From Alphaproteobacteria bacterium (GTDB lineage Bacteria; Pseudomonadota; Alphaproteobacteria; UBA828): DNA of 64,000 bases. The notes under the pieces were generated by a model that saw only the letters and a list, made by a program, of their open reading frames with translations, made no database searches and was not told where the DNA came from. The DNA is taken from positions 4,032,001 to 4,096,000 of the forward strand of contig OZ243972.1 of NCBI GenBank assembly GCA_965214705.1. The letters are read 5' to 3'. This document shows positions 20,224-29,916 of the stretch, in pieces. Both the position numbers and the translations under genes were made by a program. Positions within the stretch are counted from its first letter, which is position 1; each line of letters opens with the position of its first letter.

Positions 20224-21267
20224 TTACCTGCCCGCGGGCACCGCCGCGTTGGTGCGGATCAGGGGCGCGATGCGTGCGGCCAGGGCGTGGGGACCGAGAA
20301 TCACGAGGTCCTCGTTGAAGTCACCGGTCTGGGAGACGACGACGGCGCACTCGATCCGCAGAGCAGAACATCGCCGGCGCAGGCGAAGCGCGGCACGCTC
20401 TCCCGCCGCGTCGTCGTCGCAGGCCACGACGAGGCGAGTGATGCCCGGCGGCGGTGTGAAGGCGCCCAGGCCTCCGGCCGAGAGCGCGGCAGCGGCGACG
20501 GCGTCCGGCAACGCGGTGACGATGGAGAGCATCGTCTCAATGCCCTCCCCCACCAGCAGCGTGCCGGCGTCGTGGTGGCCGAGGCGGACGGCATGGCCGT
20601 GGACACGGCCGAGCGCCTTGCGCGGGAAGGACACGTCTGCCTTCGCAGGATACCGGGGATCGAGCCATGTCCGGTGGACGCCGACGATAGAGCCATGCGT
20701 GCGGTGTTCCCCCGGACCGGAGCGTTCCCCCGGACCCGGGTGTTCCTCGGCGCCAGCGGTGACGGCGGCGACGAGGGCCGGCAGGCGGCGGATGCCGCCG
20801 CCGTCGCGGTAGAACAGGCTCGGGTGGAAGCGCAGCGCGGGGAAGCGGCAGCGGTGGATGGCGCGGGCCCTGAGGTACGCCTCGGCGTGGGTGCCGTCGA
20901 TGGCGCGGCAACGCCGCCAAAGGCGACGCGCCGACTCGCTTGGGTCGTACGCGTCGGCCGAGCCCGCTGCCGGCGCAGCCGGCAGGGCGAGGAAGGCGCG
21001 GGCCTCGGCCATGGCGTCGCTGAGCGGCATGCCGCCCATGCGGTGTCGGATGAGGTCCAGGAGATCGCCATGGGTGCCCTCGGCGGCGTCGGTCCACTTG
21101 CCGGGGACGCCGGGAGGCGCGAGGCGGACGAAGAGCGAGCGCCCGCGGGCGCCGCGAATGTCGCCGGCGGTCCAGTACCTGCCCTGCCTGCGGCCGTAGG
21201 GCAGGTAGGCGCGGCAGACTTCTTCGGCGCGCTCGCCGAGGGCCTTCGCGATCCGGGTGGCGTTCAT
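20224..21267 (-). CDS. Toprim-domain DNA primase of plasmid/ICE type
   Basis: GKWTDAAEGTHGDLLDLI, GVHRTWL, VGEGIET, ACDDDAAG, GDFNEDL. Confidence 0.85.
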   Translation of the reverse strand: MNATRIAKALGERAEEVCRAYLPYGRRQGRYWTAGDIRGARGRSLFVRLAPPGVPGKWTDAAEGTHGDLLDLIRHRMGGMPLSDAMAEARAFLALPAAPAAGSADAYDPSESARRLWRRCRAIDGTHAEAYLRARAIHRCRFPALRFHPSLFYRDGGGIRRLPALVAAVTAGAEEHPGPGERSGPGEHRTHGSIVGVHRTWLDPRYPAKADVSFPRKALGRVHGHAVRLGHHDAGTLLVGEGIETMLSIVTALPDAVAAAALSAGGLGAFTPPPGITRLVVACDDDAAGERAALRLRRRCSALRIECAVVVSQTGDFNEDLVILGPHALAARIAPLIRTNAAVPAGR

Positions 21268-21479
21268 GCGGCTCCCCCGCTCTGTCCAGAGAGTGCCCGC
21301 GTTCCGGCCGGCCTCGGGCTCTTGCCGGCGCGCGGGCGGCGGGGAGGCGCGCAGCGCGCCCGCGCCGCTGCCCCGCGGGACGGGCTCTGTTCGTGCCGCA
21401 TGGAAACGGGGGCACGCGCTCGCGCCGGCAATCGGCGCGGGCGCGGCCCCCAGGGTGCCGGAGGACGGCGGTGACGGTG

Positions 21480-21779
21480 TCAGGCGGCCACGTGCTGCTG
21501 CGCCCGCCAGGCGGGATGCACCATCGGCATGGCGGGCGCGAGGTCGCGGTCGACGAGCAGCTCGGCCACTGTCGCGCGCACGGCGTGCGCATCCTCGACC
21601 GCCACGGGTCCTGCGGCATCGTCGTAGAGGTGTACGTAGTAGACCCCGTGATCGGGAGTGGTGTAGGCGGGCCGCTTCATGACGGTGCCGACGGTCTCGC
21701 CGTCGGCGATGACAAGCCACTCGTCATCGCCGCAGGCGCGGAAGGCGACGTCGTCTGAGGTGAGGCGGTAGCCGGACAT
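21480..21779 (-). CDS. small hypothetical protein of the element backbone
   Basis: Homolog recoverable at 58960-62862 (YYVHLYDD.GPV.V vs FYVVHLSED.RGPVRV). Confidence 0.7.
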   Translation of the reverse strand: MSGYRLTSDDVAFRACGDDEWLVIADGETVGTVMKRPAYTTPDHGVYYVHLYDDAAGPVAVEDAHAVRATVAELLVDRDLAPAMPMVHPAWRAQQHVAA

Positions 21780-21941
21780 GGCGAGACTTCCCATGTAGAC
21801 GGCGCGCGGCGGCGCCCGGAGGGCGCCGGGCCGCGTGCCATGGTTGAAGAAGGAAAGGGGCCGTGCCCCGCGCGGGAGATGACGCAGAACACGGCCCCGG
21901 GGGCGAGCGGGCGGGAGGCACCCGCTGCGGGGACGACCGAT

Positions 21942-22382
21942 CTAGAAGGGGATCGATCCCGTCTCGGTGCTGGCCGCGGCCGCCGGCGCGTCGTCACCGT
22001 CGGCCGGTGCCGCGCCGTTGGTGCCGGCAGGCTTGTCCAAAAACTGCACGCGTCCACCGGGGACGAGCAGGATCTCCGTCGAGAACCGGTCGCTGTCCTC
22101 GCCGTCCTTCCGCCACTTCCTGGTCTGCATCTTGCCCGCGACGTACACCAGCCGGCCCTTCTTCGCGTGCTTCGCCAGCATGTCGATCAGGCCGTCCTGG
22201 AACGTGACCGCCCGGTGCCACTCTGTCTTGTCGATCCGCTCGCCGCCGCCGGCCTTGTCGATGTACGATTCGTCGGTCGCGATGCTCATGTTGGCCACGC
22301 GCCCGCCGGAGGCGAGGCTGTTGATGGTGACGTCTGCACCCAGGCGGCCAATAATGTCGTGTAATGATGATCCTGATAGCAT
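21942..22382 (-). CDS. ssb: single-stranded DNA-binding protein (N-terminus possibly replaced)
   Basis: IIGRLGAD, SIATDESY, KTEWHR, KKGRLVYVAGKMQTRKW, C-terminal IPF. Confidence 0.85.
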   Translation of the reverse strand: MLSGSSLHDIIGRLGADVTINSLASGGRVANMSIATDESYIDKAGGGERIDKTEWHRAVTFQDGLIDMLAKHAKKGRLVYVAGKMQTRKWRKDGEDSDRFSTEILLVPGGRVQFLDKPAGTNGAAPADGDDAPAAAASTETGSIPF

Positions 22383-22543
22383 GTGACTACTGATGGCATG
22401 ACTTTTATCCTAAAAACAAACAGATGAGAGGGATCCGCCGTATTCCTTAGCCTACCGATGTGTACAGGAAATATCAGGAGTTGCAATTGACGGGTTGAGC
22501 GGTGTGTTGACGAATCGACGTCTCCGGCCCTACAATCAACCCC

Positions 22544-23836
22544 ATGAGCAACACACCCGGAAAGCGTATCGCAAAGCTCAGGACCACCCTGAACAAGCGC
22601 AACGTCGACGCACTCACGCCTGCCGATAAACCCTGGATCGCATGGGACGACAGGCTGGCCGGCTTCGGTGTGAAGGTGCATCCTACCGGAGCCAAGTCCT
22701 TCATCGTCAACTACCGCGCAGGTGACGGTGGACGAAAGGCACCGAACAAGCGGGTCGTGATCGGCCGCTATGGCAGGGTCACCGCCGAACAGGCACGGCG
22801 CCTCGCTCAGGAATATCTCGGTCGTGTCGCCGGTGGGGATGACCCCGCCGCCGAACGTGCCGAGGCTCGGGCGATGCCCACATTGAAGGATGCCGTCGAC
22901 GATTACATGGCGGCCAACCCGAGGCGGAAGGAATCAACCAACGCTGGATATCGCCGGTACTGCCGTCTCTATCTTGAGGACTGGCTCGCCCGTCCGCTCG
23001 ACGGCATCACCCGGCGCGACGTCGAGGCCCGGTTCAACCGCATCACAATGGACCGCGGCCAGGAGATCGCCAATCAGTGCATGTCGTTCCTGCGCTCGGT
23101 CTACCGTCGGCCCTGCGTCGATTACGACGGACTGCGCAATCCTGTCGAGCAGTGGCTCGCCGGGGGTGGGCGCTTCAACGCCCGCAAGCGCCGCAGGATT
23201 TCCACACCCGCCGAGGTGCTGCCGCGCTGGCGGACGGGCATTGAGACGCAAGTCGCGAGCCCGGTGGTCAGGGACATCTTCTGGTTCGGCCTCTACACCG
23301 GCATGCGGGTCGGCGAGATCGAACCTCTTCGCTGGGATCGGGTGGACCTGGACGCGGGTCTCTTCCGGGTAGAAGAGACAAAGACGGGAGAGCCGCTCGA
23401 GTTGCCGACCACGCGTCAGCTGTCGGAGATACTCGCGCGGCGACTGGCGGATCGCGAGATGACGCCAGCGCATCTGCGGTGCTGGGTGTTCCCGTCGGCG
23501 CGGAGCAAGTCGGGCCATGTCGAGGCAATCGAGGTGTACTATGCCCGCATCAGCTTGGCGGGCGGCACGAAGTTCTGGTTCCACGCCTTGCGCAACTGTT
23601 TCATCACGGTGGCCGAACGTGAGCTTCTTCTGCCGCGTTCTCTGACGAAGCGTCTGGTCAATCATGCCCGGCCCAGCGATGTGACCGAGGGCTACGCCGC
23701 GGATTGGACGGTAGAGCAGCTGAGGGAGCCGGCACAGCGCGTCGCGGATAGAATTGATGAGCTTATGAGTGCTGGCGCGACTGAAGGCGCCGCCCCGCGG
23801 CACACTCCGACGCCGAATCTGCAATCCACATTGTAG
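22544..23836 (+). CDS. tyrosine integrase with arm-type DNA-binding (DUF4102-like) domain
   Basis: WDDRLAGFGVKV...KSFIVNYR, TGMRVGE, HALRNCF, LVNH...TEGY. Confidence 0.9.
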   Translation: MSNTPGKRIAKLRTTLNKRNVDALTPADKPWIAWDDRLAGFGVKVHPTGAKSFIVNYRAGDGGRKAPNKRVVIGRYGRVTAEQARRLAQEYLGRVAGGDDPAAERAEARAMPTLKDAVDDYMAANPRRKESTNAGYRRYCRLYLEDWLARPLDGITRRDVEARFNRITMDRGQEIANQCMSFLRSVYRRPCVDYDGLRNPVEQWLAGGGRFNARKRRRISTPAEVLPRWRTGIETQVASPVVRDIFWFGLYTGMRVGEIEPLRWDRVDLDAGLFRVEETKTGEPLELPTTRQLSEILARRLADREMTPAHLRCWVFPSARSKSGHVEAIEVYYARISLAGGTKFWFHALRNCFITVAERELLLPRSLTKRLVNHARPSDVTEGYAADWTVEQLREPAQRVADRIDELMSAGATEGAAPRHTPTPNLQSTL

Positions 23837-24013
23837 GCCTTTTGCACCCGCCTTCACTGACGTGCCCCAGAACGGCATTGTTCAGCTGCGCTGCCCCAAG
23901 GGCGAATGCGGATGATGCAAACGCGTTGGTGGCAGCAGACGATTTTTTTCCGACGATATGGGCTTCGTCGGCGAGGCATGTGTAGGGCTCGTACGCAGGG
24001 TTTGCGGAGATCA

Positions 24014-25234
24014 TACCAAGCGCGTTCCAAATTGACTCACCGGCCCAATATGTTGTGGTGACGAGCTGGACCACCTCCATAGACTGTGGTGATCGACTCA
24101 CCAGCGTCGGAGGAGGACGATGAGTGCGGCAACGCCGATAACCTGGACGGAACACACGGCGGACGAGGTCCATGAGCTGGCAAAGCACTGCGGGGACGCC
24201 AAGCAAGCCTCGCGCGCGCGTGCGATCGCGATGATCATGGATGGCGCGTCTCGTACGGAGGCGGCGCGGGCGCAGGGCATGGAGCTTCAAATCCTGCGCG
24301 ACTGGGTGTTGCGCTACAACGCGGAGGGCTTCGACGGCCTTGCGGATCGTCCTCGCGGCGGGAGCGAGGGCCGGTTGACGGAGGCGCAAATCGCCGAGGT
24401 CGGCGCGTGGCTCAAGGCGGGTCCCGATCTTGAGCGGGACGGGGTGACGCGCTGGCGGGTTCAGGACATCGTTGGGAAAATCGAGGAGGCCTTCGGGGTC
24501 ATCTACACGGAGAGCGGCGCCCGTATGATGCTCCGGAGGGCCGGGTTTCGCTTTGTCTCGGGACGACCGGTCCACCCCAAAGCCGATCAAGAGCGGCAGA
24601 AGGAGTTCGTGACGGACTTCGAGGCAACGTTGGCGTCGATGCTCAGCCCTGAGGCGCTGGCGGGTCCGATCGAGATCTGGTTCCAGGACGAAGCGCGCGT
24701 CGGCCAGAAGGGGATGACGACGCGGGTGTGGGCGCATGGGAAGCAGCGTCCGCGCATCGTGCGCGACCATCGCTATGGCTACGTCTATCTGTTCGGCGCC
24801 ACCTGCGCACAGCGCGGCGTCGGCATCGCCCATGTGGCGGACAGGGCGAACACGGCGTCGATGAACGAGCATCTGGCGGCGATCGGCGCGGCCGTGGCGC
24901 CGGGTACGCACGGGGTGATCGTGCTGGACGGCGCAGGCTGGCATCGCTCGGGCGATCTGGTTGTGCCACCCAACCTGACGCTCCTGCATCTGCCGCCCTA
25001 CAGTCCGGAACTCAATCCGATGGAGCAGATCATTCTGTTCCTGAAATCGAACCGCTTCGCCAACCGCGTGTTCAAGGATGTGGCTGCCCTGAAGGAGGCC
25101 TGCTGGGCGGGGTGGCAATGGCTGACCGACCAGCCCGACGTCATCACGAAAACGACCCGGCGCAACTGGGCCGTCGCGCCATCATGCTGATCCCGATGCC
25201 TCACCGTATCGGTTCATATGATTTGCGTTTGGTA
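24014..25234 (+). mobile_element. IS630-family element
   Basis: Imperfect TIR TACCAAGCGC/GCGTTTGGTA; TCA repeated at 24011-24013 and 25235-25237. Confidence 0.9.
24120..25190 (+). CDS. IS630-family transposase
   Basis: WFQDEARVGQKG, VLDGAGWH, LPPYSPELNPME. Confidence 0.95.
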   Translation: MSAATPITWTEHTADEVHELAKHCGDAKQASRARAIAMIMDGASRTEAARAQGMELQILRDWVLRYNAEGFDGLADRPRGGSEGRLTEAQIAEVGAWLKAGPDLERDGVTRWRVQDIVGKIEEAFGVIYTESGARMMLRRAGFRFVSGRPVHPKADQERQKEFVTDFEATLASMLSPEALAGPIEIWFQDEARVGQKGMTTRVWAHGKQRPRIVRDHRYGYVYLFGATCAQRGVGIAHVADRANTASMNEHLAAIGAAVAPGTHGVIVLDGAGWHRSGDLVVPPNLTLLHLPPYSPELNPMEQIILFLKSNRFANRVFKDVAALKEACWAGWQWLTDQPDVITKTTRRNWAVAPSC

Positions 25235-25417
25235 TCAGTCGAAGCGCGGGAGGCTCTGAGCGGGGAAGGTTAAGGGTTGGGCAGGCTCTCTCTCGAGAGC
25301 CTGCCCAACCCTTTTGAACGAAGCCGCGGGCCACGAGAGGCGAAGTTGAGCTATGTGGAAAGTGCGCTGATGTCAGCGTCAGGCGGCATCCACCGGCAGC
25401 AGAGTTGCGCATAAAAT

Positions 25418-26852
25418 GGGGATTATATATGTGACTTGATTTTGGGGGCGTAAAGTTGTATATTTCTGCGTGGATTCAATGGGGTAGGCGACATGCAGAA
25501 AGCACCTGGCAAGGCGTTTCGAGAAGGCATCGCGTTAATCGAGATTATGGACTTATTCCCCACGGAACAGGCCGCAACGAAGTGGTTTGAGACGCACGTT
25601 TGGCCGAACGGTCGGCACTGTGGACACTGCGGGTCCGTCGAGACTAAGAAAGTTCCGAACGCAAAACCGATGCCCTACTGGTGCAGGGACTGTAAGTCGT
25701 ACTTCAGTGTCCGGACCGGCACGGCCTTGGAGCGCTCCAAGGTACCGCTGCGCAAGTGGGCTATCGCGATCTACATTTGCGTAACCAGCCTGAAGAGCGT
25801 GAGCAGCATGAAACTGCACCGCGACCTGAAGGTCACGCAAAAGACGGCCTGGTTCATGCTGCATCGGCTTCGCGAGGCGTGGGCCGAAGAGATGGGTCAG
25901 GACTTCACCGGCCCGGTCGAGGCGGACGAAACCTATGTCGGCGGGAAACGTAAGAACATGTCGAACGCGAAGCGGAAGGAGCTCGCCGGGACCGGGCGCG
26001 GCGCTACGGGCAAAGAGGCTGTGGTTGGCACCAAGGATCGCGAGACCAACAAGGTCGCAGTCCGGCACGTCGACCGCACTGCTGCGCCGCACTTGGCAGG
26101 CTTCGTCGCCCACACAACCAAGTTCGGCTCCAAGGTCTATACCGACGAGTCGAAGGCCTACAACGCGCTAAACGATTGGTATGACCATGAAAGTGTCAAC
26201 CACTCCGCTGGCGAGTACGTGCGGGGCATGGCCCATACCAACGGCATGGAATCGTTCTGGGCCATGCTGAAGCGTGCCCACGGCGGCACATTCCACAAGA
26301 TCAGCCCGAAGCATCTCCAGCGCTACGCTCGGGAGTTTGCGGGCAAGCACAATTTCCGAGGCGAAGATACGGCGGCGCAGATGGCCGCAGTCGCAGCCGG
26401 CCTGGTCGGCCGTCGGCTCATGTATCGCGATCTCACGGCCGAAAACGGCCTGTCCTCAGGGGCAAGGTCATGAACCAGAGGGAAGCAAAATAGCTCCTAC
26501 GACGATCCTGACTGCTGTTGATGACGCTGCAGGCAACATCGGCGAAGCCTGGCTTCGGATCATCCGCGACTATCTGGACGAGAGGGCACCAATAGGGACG
26601 CAGACATCTATGAGATGGAGCACACTCAAAACTGCTCCGTTCACCAATAGTCGTCCCGGCAAAGCCGGAGAAAACGAGGTTTACGATGGCCAAGGGGACT
26701 CTTCCCAAGCCGAATAAGATCGGCGATCCGCACTTCAAGGGCGCGACGCCCGCGACACTGGCTCGCGCTCTTATGCGCCGTGTGCGTCCGATAAAGCCGA
26801 CAGGAAAATCGACGACTCAACGGGGACGCATCAAGTCACATATATAATCCCC
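25418..26852 (+). mobile_element. IS1595-family element
   Basis: 23-bp perfect TIR GGGGATTATATATGTGACTTGAT; 8-bp duplication CATAAAAT (25410-25417, 26853-26860). Confidence 0.95.
25493..26473 (+). CDS. IS1595-family transposase
   Basis: Zn ribbon CGHC...CRDC, VEADETYVGG, YTDE, HTNGMESFW. Confidence 0.95.
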   Translation: MQKAPGKAFREGIALIEIMDLFPTEQAATKWFETHVWPNGRHCGHCGSVETKKVPNAKPMPYWCRDCKSYFSVRTGTALERSKVPLRKWAIAIYICVTSLKSVSSMKLHRDLKVTQKTAWFMLHRLREAWAEEMGQDFTGPVEADETYVGGKRKNMSNAKRKELAGTGRGATGKEAVVGTKDRETNKVAVRHVDRTAAPHLAGFVAHTTKFGSKVYTDESKAYNALNDWYDHESVNHSAGEYVRGMAHTNGMESFWAMLKRAHGGTFHKISPKHLQRYAREFAGKHNFRGEDTAAQMAAVAAGLVGRRLMYRDLTAENGLSSGARS

Positions 26853-28179
26853 CATAAAATCGACGCTCGCGCCGGTCTTTCGGCAGGCATGCGGGCGCAC
26901 GCTGCGAGGACTGAGCGGGGTGTGAGCCGAGGGCTGTCAGCCCGGCTCAAGCGGAGACAGGTTCGGTCGTGCGTCGGCGCTTTGGCGCCGTTGCGCGGGG
27001 CCGAAGCGAGCGGCCGTCTCACGGTTTCCCCCTGTGGGTCGGCGGCAGCGCCGGCGGGCCGCGCGTCGAGCGGGGCTCATGGCGGCGGCGGATTTCGCGG
27101 ACGAGGCGCATGACGCCGCCGCAGTGGGGGCAGGCCACGGGCGCGGTGCCGATCTCGGGCTCTTCGTCGGGCTCGGCCTGAGCGCCGTCCACGCTTCCCT
27201 CGGGGGCGGCGCAGCCGAGGGCGCCGAGAGCCTGGCGTGCTCTCTCCAGCGTGCTGGCGCGGCAGCCGTTGGCGAGGATGCCGAAGTAGCGAATGCGGTG
27301 CATGCCGTCCGGCAGGACGTGCCTCAGGAAGCGGCGGATGAACTCGTCGGCGCTCACGGTGGCGATGCCGTAGCGCGGCTTTCTCTGCCCCGGCGCCTTG
27401 GGCTTTCGGTGGCGGAAGGAGACCGTCTCGCCGTCGAAGGAGACGATGCGGCTGTCGGAGATGGCGATCCTGTGCGTGTAGTGCGAGAGGTACCGGAAGA
27501 CCTGCTCAGGCCCGCGGAAGGGCCGCTTGGCGTAGACCACCCAGTCCCTGGCCCGGGCGGCGGCAAGCGTGGCGTGGAACTCGCCGGGATTGGCGAGGTG
27601 GGCGAGGGTGCCGTGGAACTCCAGGTCCCCCCGGCCGTGGGCGCGGGCGAGCTCCTTGAGGAAGAGGCGGCGGAACAGGCTGCCGAGGACCTTGACGGGG
27701 GCGAGGAAGGTGGTGCTCCCCGTCTTCCACTCGCCACTGTCTACGTCGAAGCCCGCGTTGGGCACGACCACGTGCAGGTGCGGGTGGAAGCGGAGCTTCT
27801 GATCCCAGGTATGGAGGACCGCGGTGCCGCCGATGCGCATGCCGCCGTGGCGGGGATCGGCGGCGATGGTGCGCAGGGTCTCGGCGACGGCCCGGAAGAG
27901 GATGTCGAACACCACCCTGCGGTTGCAGAAGGCAATGGCGGCAACCTCCTTGGGCAGGGTGAAGACCACATGGAAGTAGGGCACCGGCAGGATGTCCCCG
28001 GCGCGCTCCTCGCTCCAGAGGTTGGCGGCGAGACCCTGGCAGGTGGGGCAGTGGCGGTTGCGGCAGGAGTTCTTATGAGCTCTCTCCGCAAGGCCCGGCT
28101 TCATCTACGTCAATGGCATTCGCAATCTCTCCACTCGAATCCGCGGCCGATGTCCAGGCAGAACGTCGTTTCCACGCAG

Positions 28180-28340
28180 CGATCCGCCACGCTGCTCAGC
28201 TCTTATCCGGTTCGGAACTCCGGCGCTTGCCGGCTCCGTGACCCCAATACCGCATCCAAGCGGTGGTGACGTTCCGGGAGGCGGGACCCATCTGTAGAAC
28301 GGTGCCAAGCGGCGACCCAACTCTTGCCCGGTCACACGCC
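28180..28340 (-). ncRNA. predicted bridge RNA/seekRNA with target-binding and donor-binding loops
   Basis: Four segments matching target and donor flanks, in bridge-RNA order, each pair separated by a hairpin (see findings); transcript ends unknown. Confidence 0.75.
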
Positions 28341-28416
28341 TTGCCCGGCATCCTCCGCGGCCGCGTCCGACCACGTCGGAACCTCCTGTATTTTCCCGTT
28401 CGTTCGGCCGGTGCCC

Positions 28417-29613
28417 TCAGGAGACGATGGCGCCCTCAGGCACCAGTCCTTGGGTGGCATAGCGCCACAGCGCGATCAGCAGCTTGCGCGCGACCCCCAC
28501 GATCGCCCGCTTCCTCGCTCGCCGGTCCCTCCCGCCACCGGCATCCCTGGCGACGTAGGCGTGGAACCACTTCGTGATCGCGCTTTCCGGTTGCAGCTTC
28601 AGCCAGCGCCAAGCCATCTGGATCATGTGCTTCCTGACATGCGAGGGGCCGGCCTTGCTGATGCCAAGATCGTGGTCGACATCTCCGCTCGCCCACGGCA
28701 CCGACGTCAACCCGGCCCAGCTGCCCAACTCCCGGCGATTGCGGAAGTCCCGATAGAACACCTCGCCAGCCAGCAGTGTGGCGTCATTGAGGCCGATGCC
28801 ATGGATGCGCGTAAGCGCCGCGATCATCGCCGTCCCGTCACGATTGGTCGCGTCCTGGGCTTTCCGGCCAGCCTTCAGCAGGGCCCTCTTCTCGGCCTCG
28901 ATCATCTCGATATGCTCCTCAACCAGGCGAAGCATCCCCACCGCCCTCTCAATCTCTGCCCGCGCACGCGGCGGCAACGGCGCCCCATAGCCCGTCCGCG
29001 CGGTCGCGAGGCGTTCGAGGAAGTCCGGCTTGCGCGGCGCCAGATCGAAGATGCCGTGCAACTGCAAGAGCCCTTTGATCCGGTTGTTGACGCGGGTACG
29101 CTCGCTGATCAGCGTGTCCCTCTCGCGCAGCAGGCGCTTGGCATCCTCCTGGTCCACATCGGGCACGCGCACCCAGGACATGGCCTCCGAATCGCCTTGG
29201 TCCCATGCCTTCAGAGCCCGAACCATCCTCCTCGCGTCGATACGGTCGGTCTTTTTCTTCTTGGCGCGCCGGTTCACCCGCAGGCTCGCCGGATCGTTCA
29301 TGAAGATATCGATCTCCGCGTCACGGCGCTCGATATCGCGGGCAAGCCAGAACCCCTCGTAGCCCGCCTCGTAGGTCAGCATCACCCGAGGACGGGCGCC
29401 GAGCTCCCTCGCCACCCGTTCCCGCACCGACCCGACGAGATCCAACAGTCCCGCCGTGTCGGCAGCAGCCAGTGTGTGGATGCTGATGCTGCCACCCGAG
29501 GCATCCGGGCAATGCACGCCAACGATCCACGATTTGAGGCTGATCTCCACCGCGACATAAATCGTGCTACTACTTGCGCCTGTCAGCGCGGTCGTGTCTG
29601 GACCATCCGACAT
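28417..29613 (-). CDS. IS110-family recombinase
   Basis: VAVEIS, YEAG, KTDRIDA, GIG, WAGL...ASG, GISKAG, AIVGVARKL. Confidence 0.93.
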   Translation of the reverse strand: MSDGPDTTALTGASSSTIYVAVEISLKSWIVGVHCPDASGGSISIHTLAAADTAGLLDLVGSVRERVARELGARPRVMLTYEAGYEGFWLARDIERRDAEIDIFMNDPASLRVNRRAKKKKTDRIDARRMVRALKAWDQGDSEAMSWVRVPDVDQEDAKRLLRERDTLISERTRVNNRIKGLLQLHGIFDLAPRKPDFLERLATARTGYGAPLPPRARAEIERAVGMLRLVEEHIEMIEAEKRALLKAGRKAQDATNRDGTAMIAALTRIHGIGLNDATLLAGEVFYRDFRNRRELGSWAGLTSVPWASGDVDHDLGISKAGPSHVRKHMIQMAWRWLKLQPESAITKWFHAYVARDAGGGRDRRARKRAIVGVARKLLIALWRYATQGLVPEGAIVS

Positions 29614-29916
29614 CCGTCCACTCCGTTGTTGACGATTCCGCTCGGAGAGAAGGTGCTGGCCTTCTCTCCGAGCTTGTCTAACCGCCAGAATCGATTCGGT
29701 GCCACCGTGCTCATGGTATCTGAAGAGCGGATGCTCGCGCCCGCAGCCCTCGCAGGCGTACATGTGGCCGCCGAGCACGGCGGTGCGGCACGCCTCGATG
29801 GCGCCCATGACCTTGAGCCGGGCGGCGTCGATGCGCCCTTTGTGGCGCTCACGGAAAGCGGCGCCGGCGCGGCGGAAGATCTCCGCCACGCCCGCGCGTT
29901 CGGCCTCCACGCGCCG

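Larger units (their letters stand above)
28072..29720 (-). mobile_element. IS110-family (IS1111-type) element
   Basis: No TSD, one shared T at both junctions; sub-terminal ATGAGC inverted repeats; ~345-bp non-coding region 3' of the recombinase. Confidence 0.9.
27019..29910 (-). pseudogene. IS91-like transposase interrupted by the IS110 element at the F-N codons of HPLFNSC
   Basis: 29910-29721 and 28071-27019 join to match 48333-49574. Confidence 0.92.

Noticed and set aside
23763-25118. 451-aa minus-strand ORF
   Set aside because: IS630 antisense frame fused by chance to the S24 tail.
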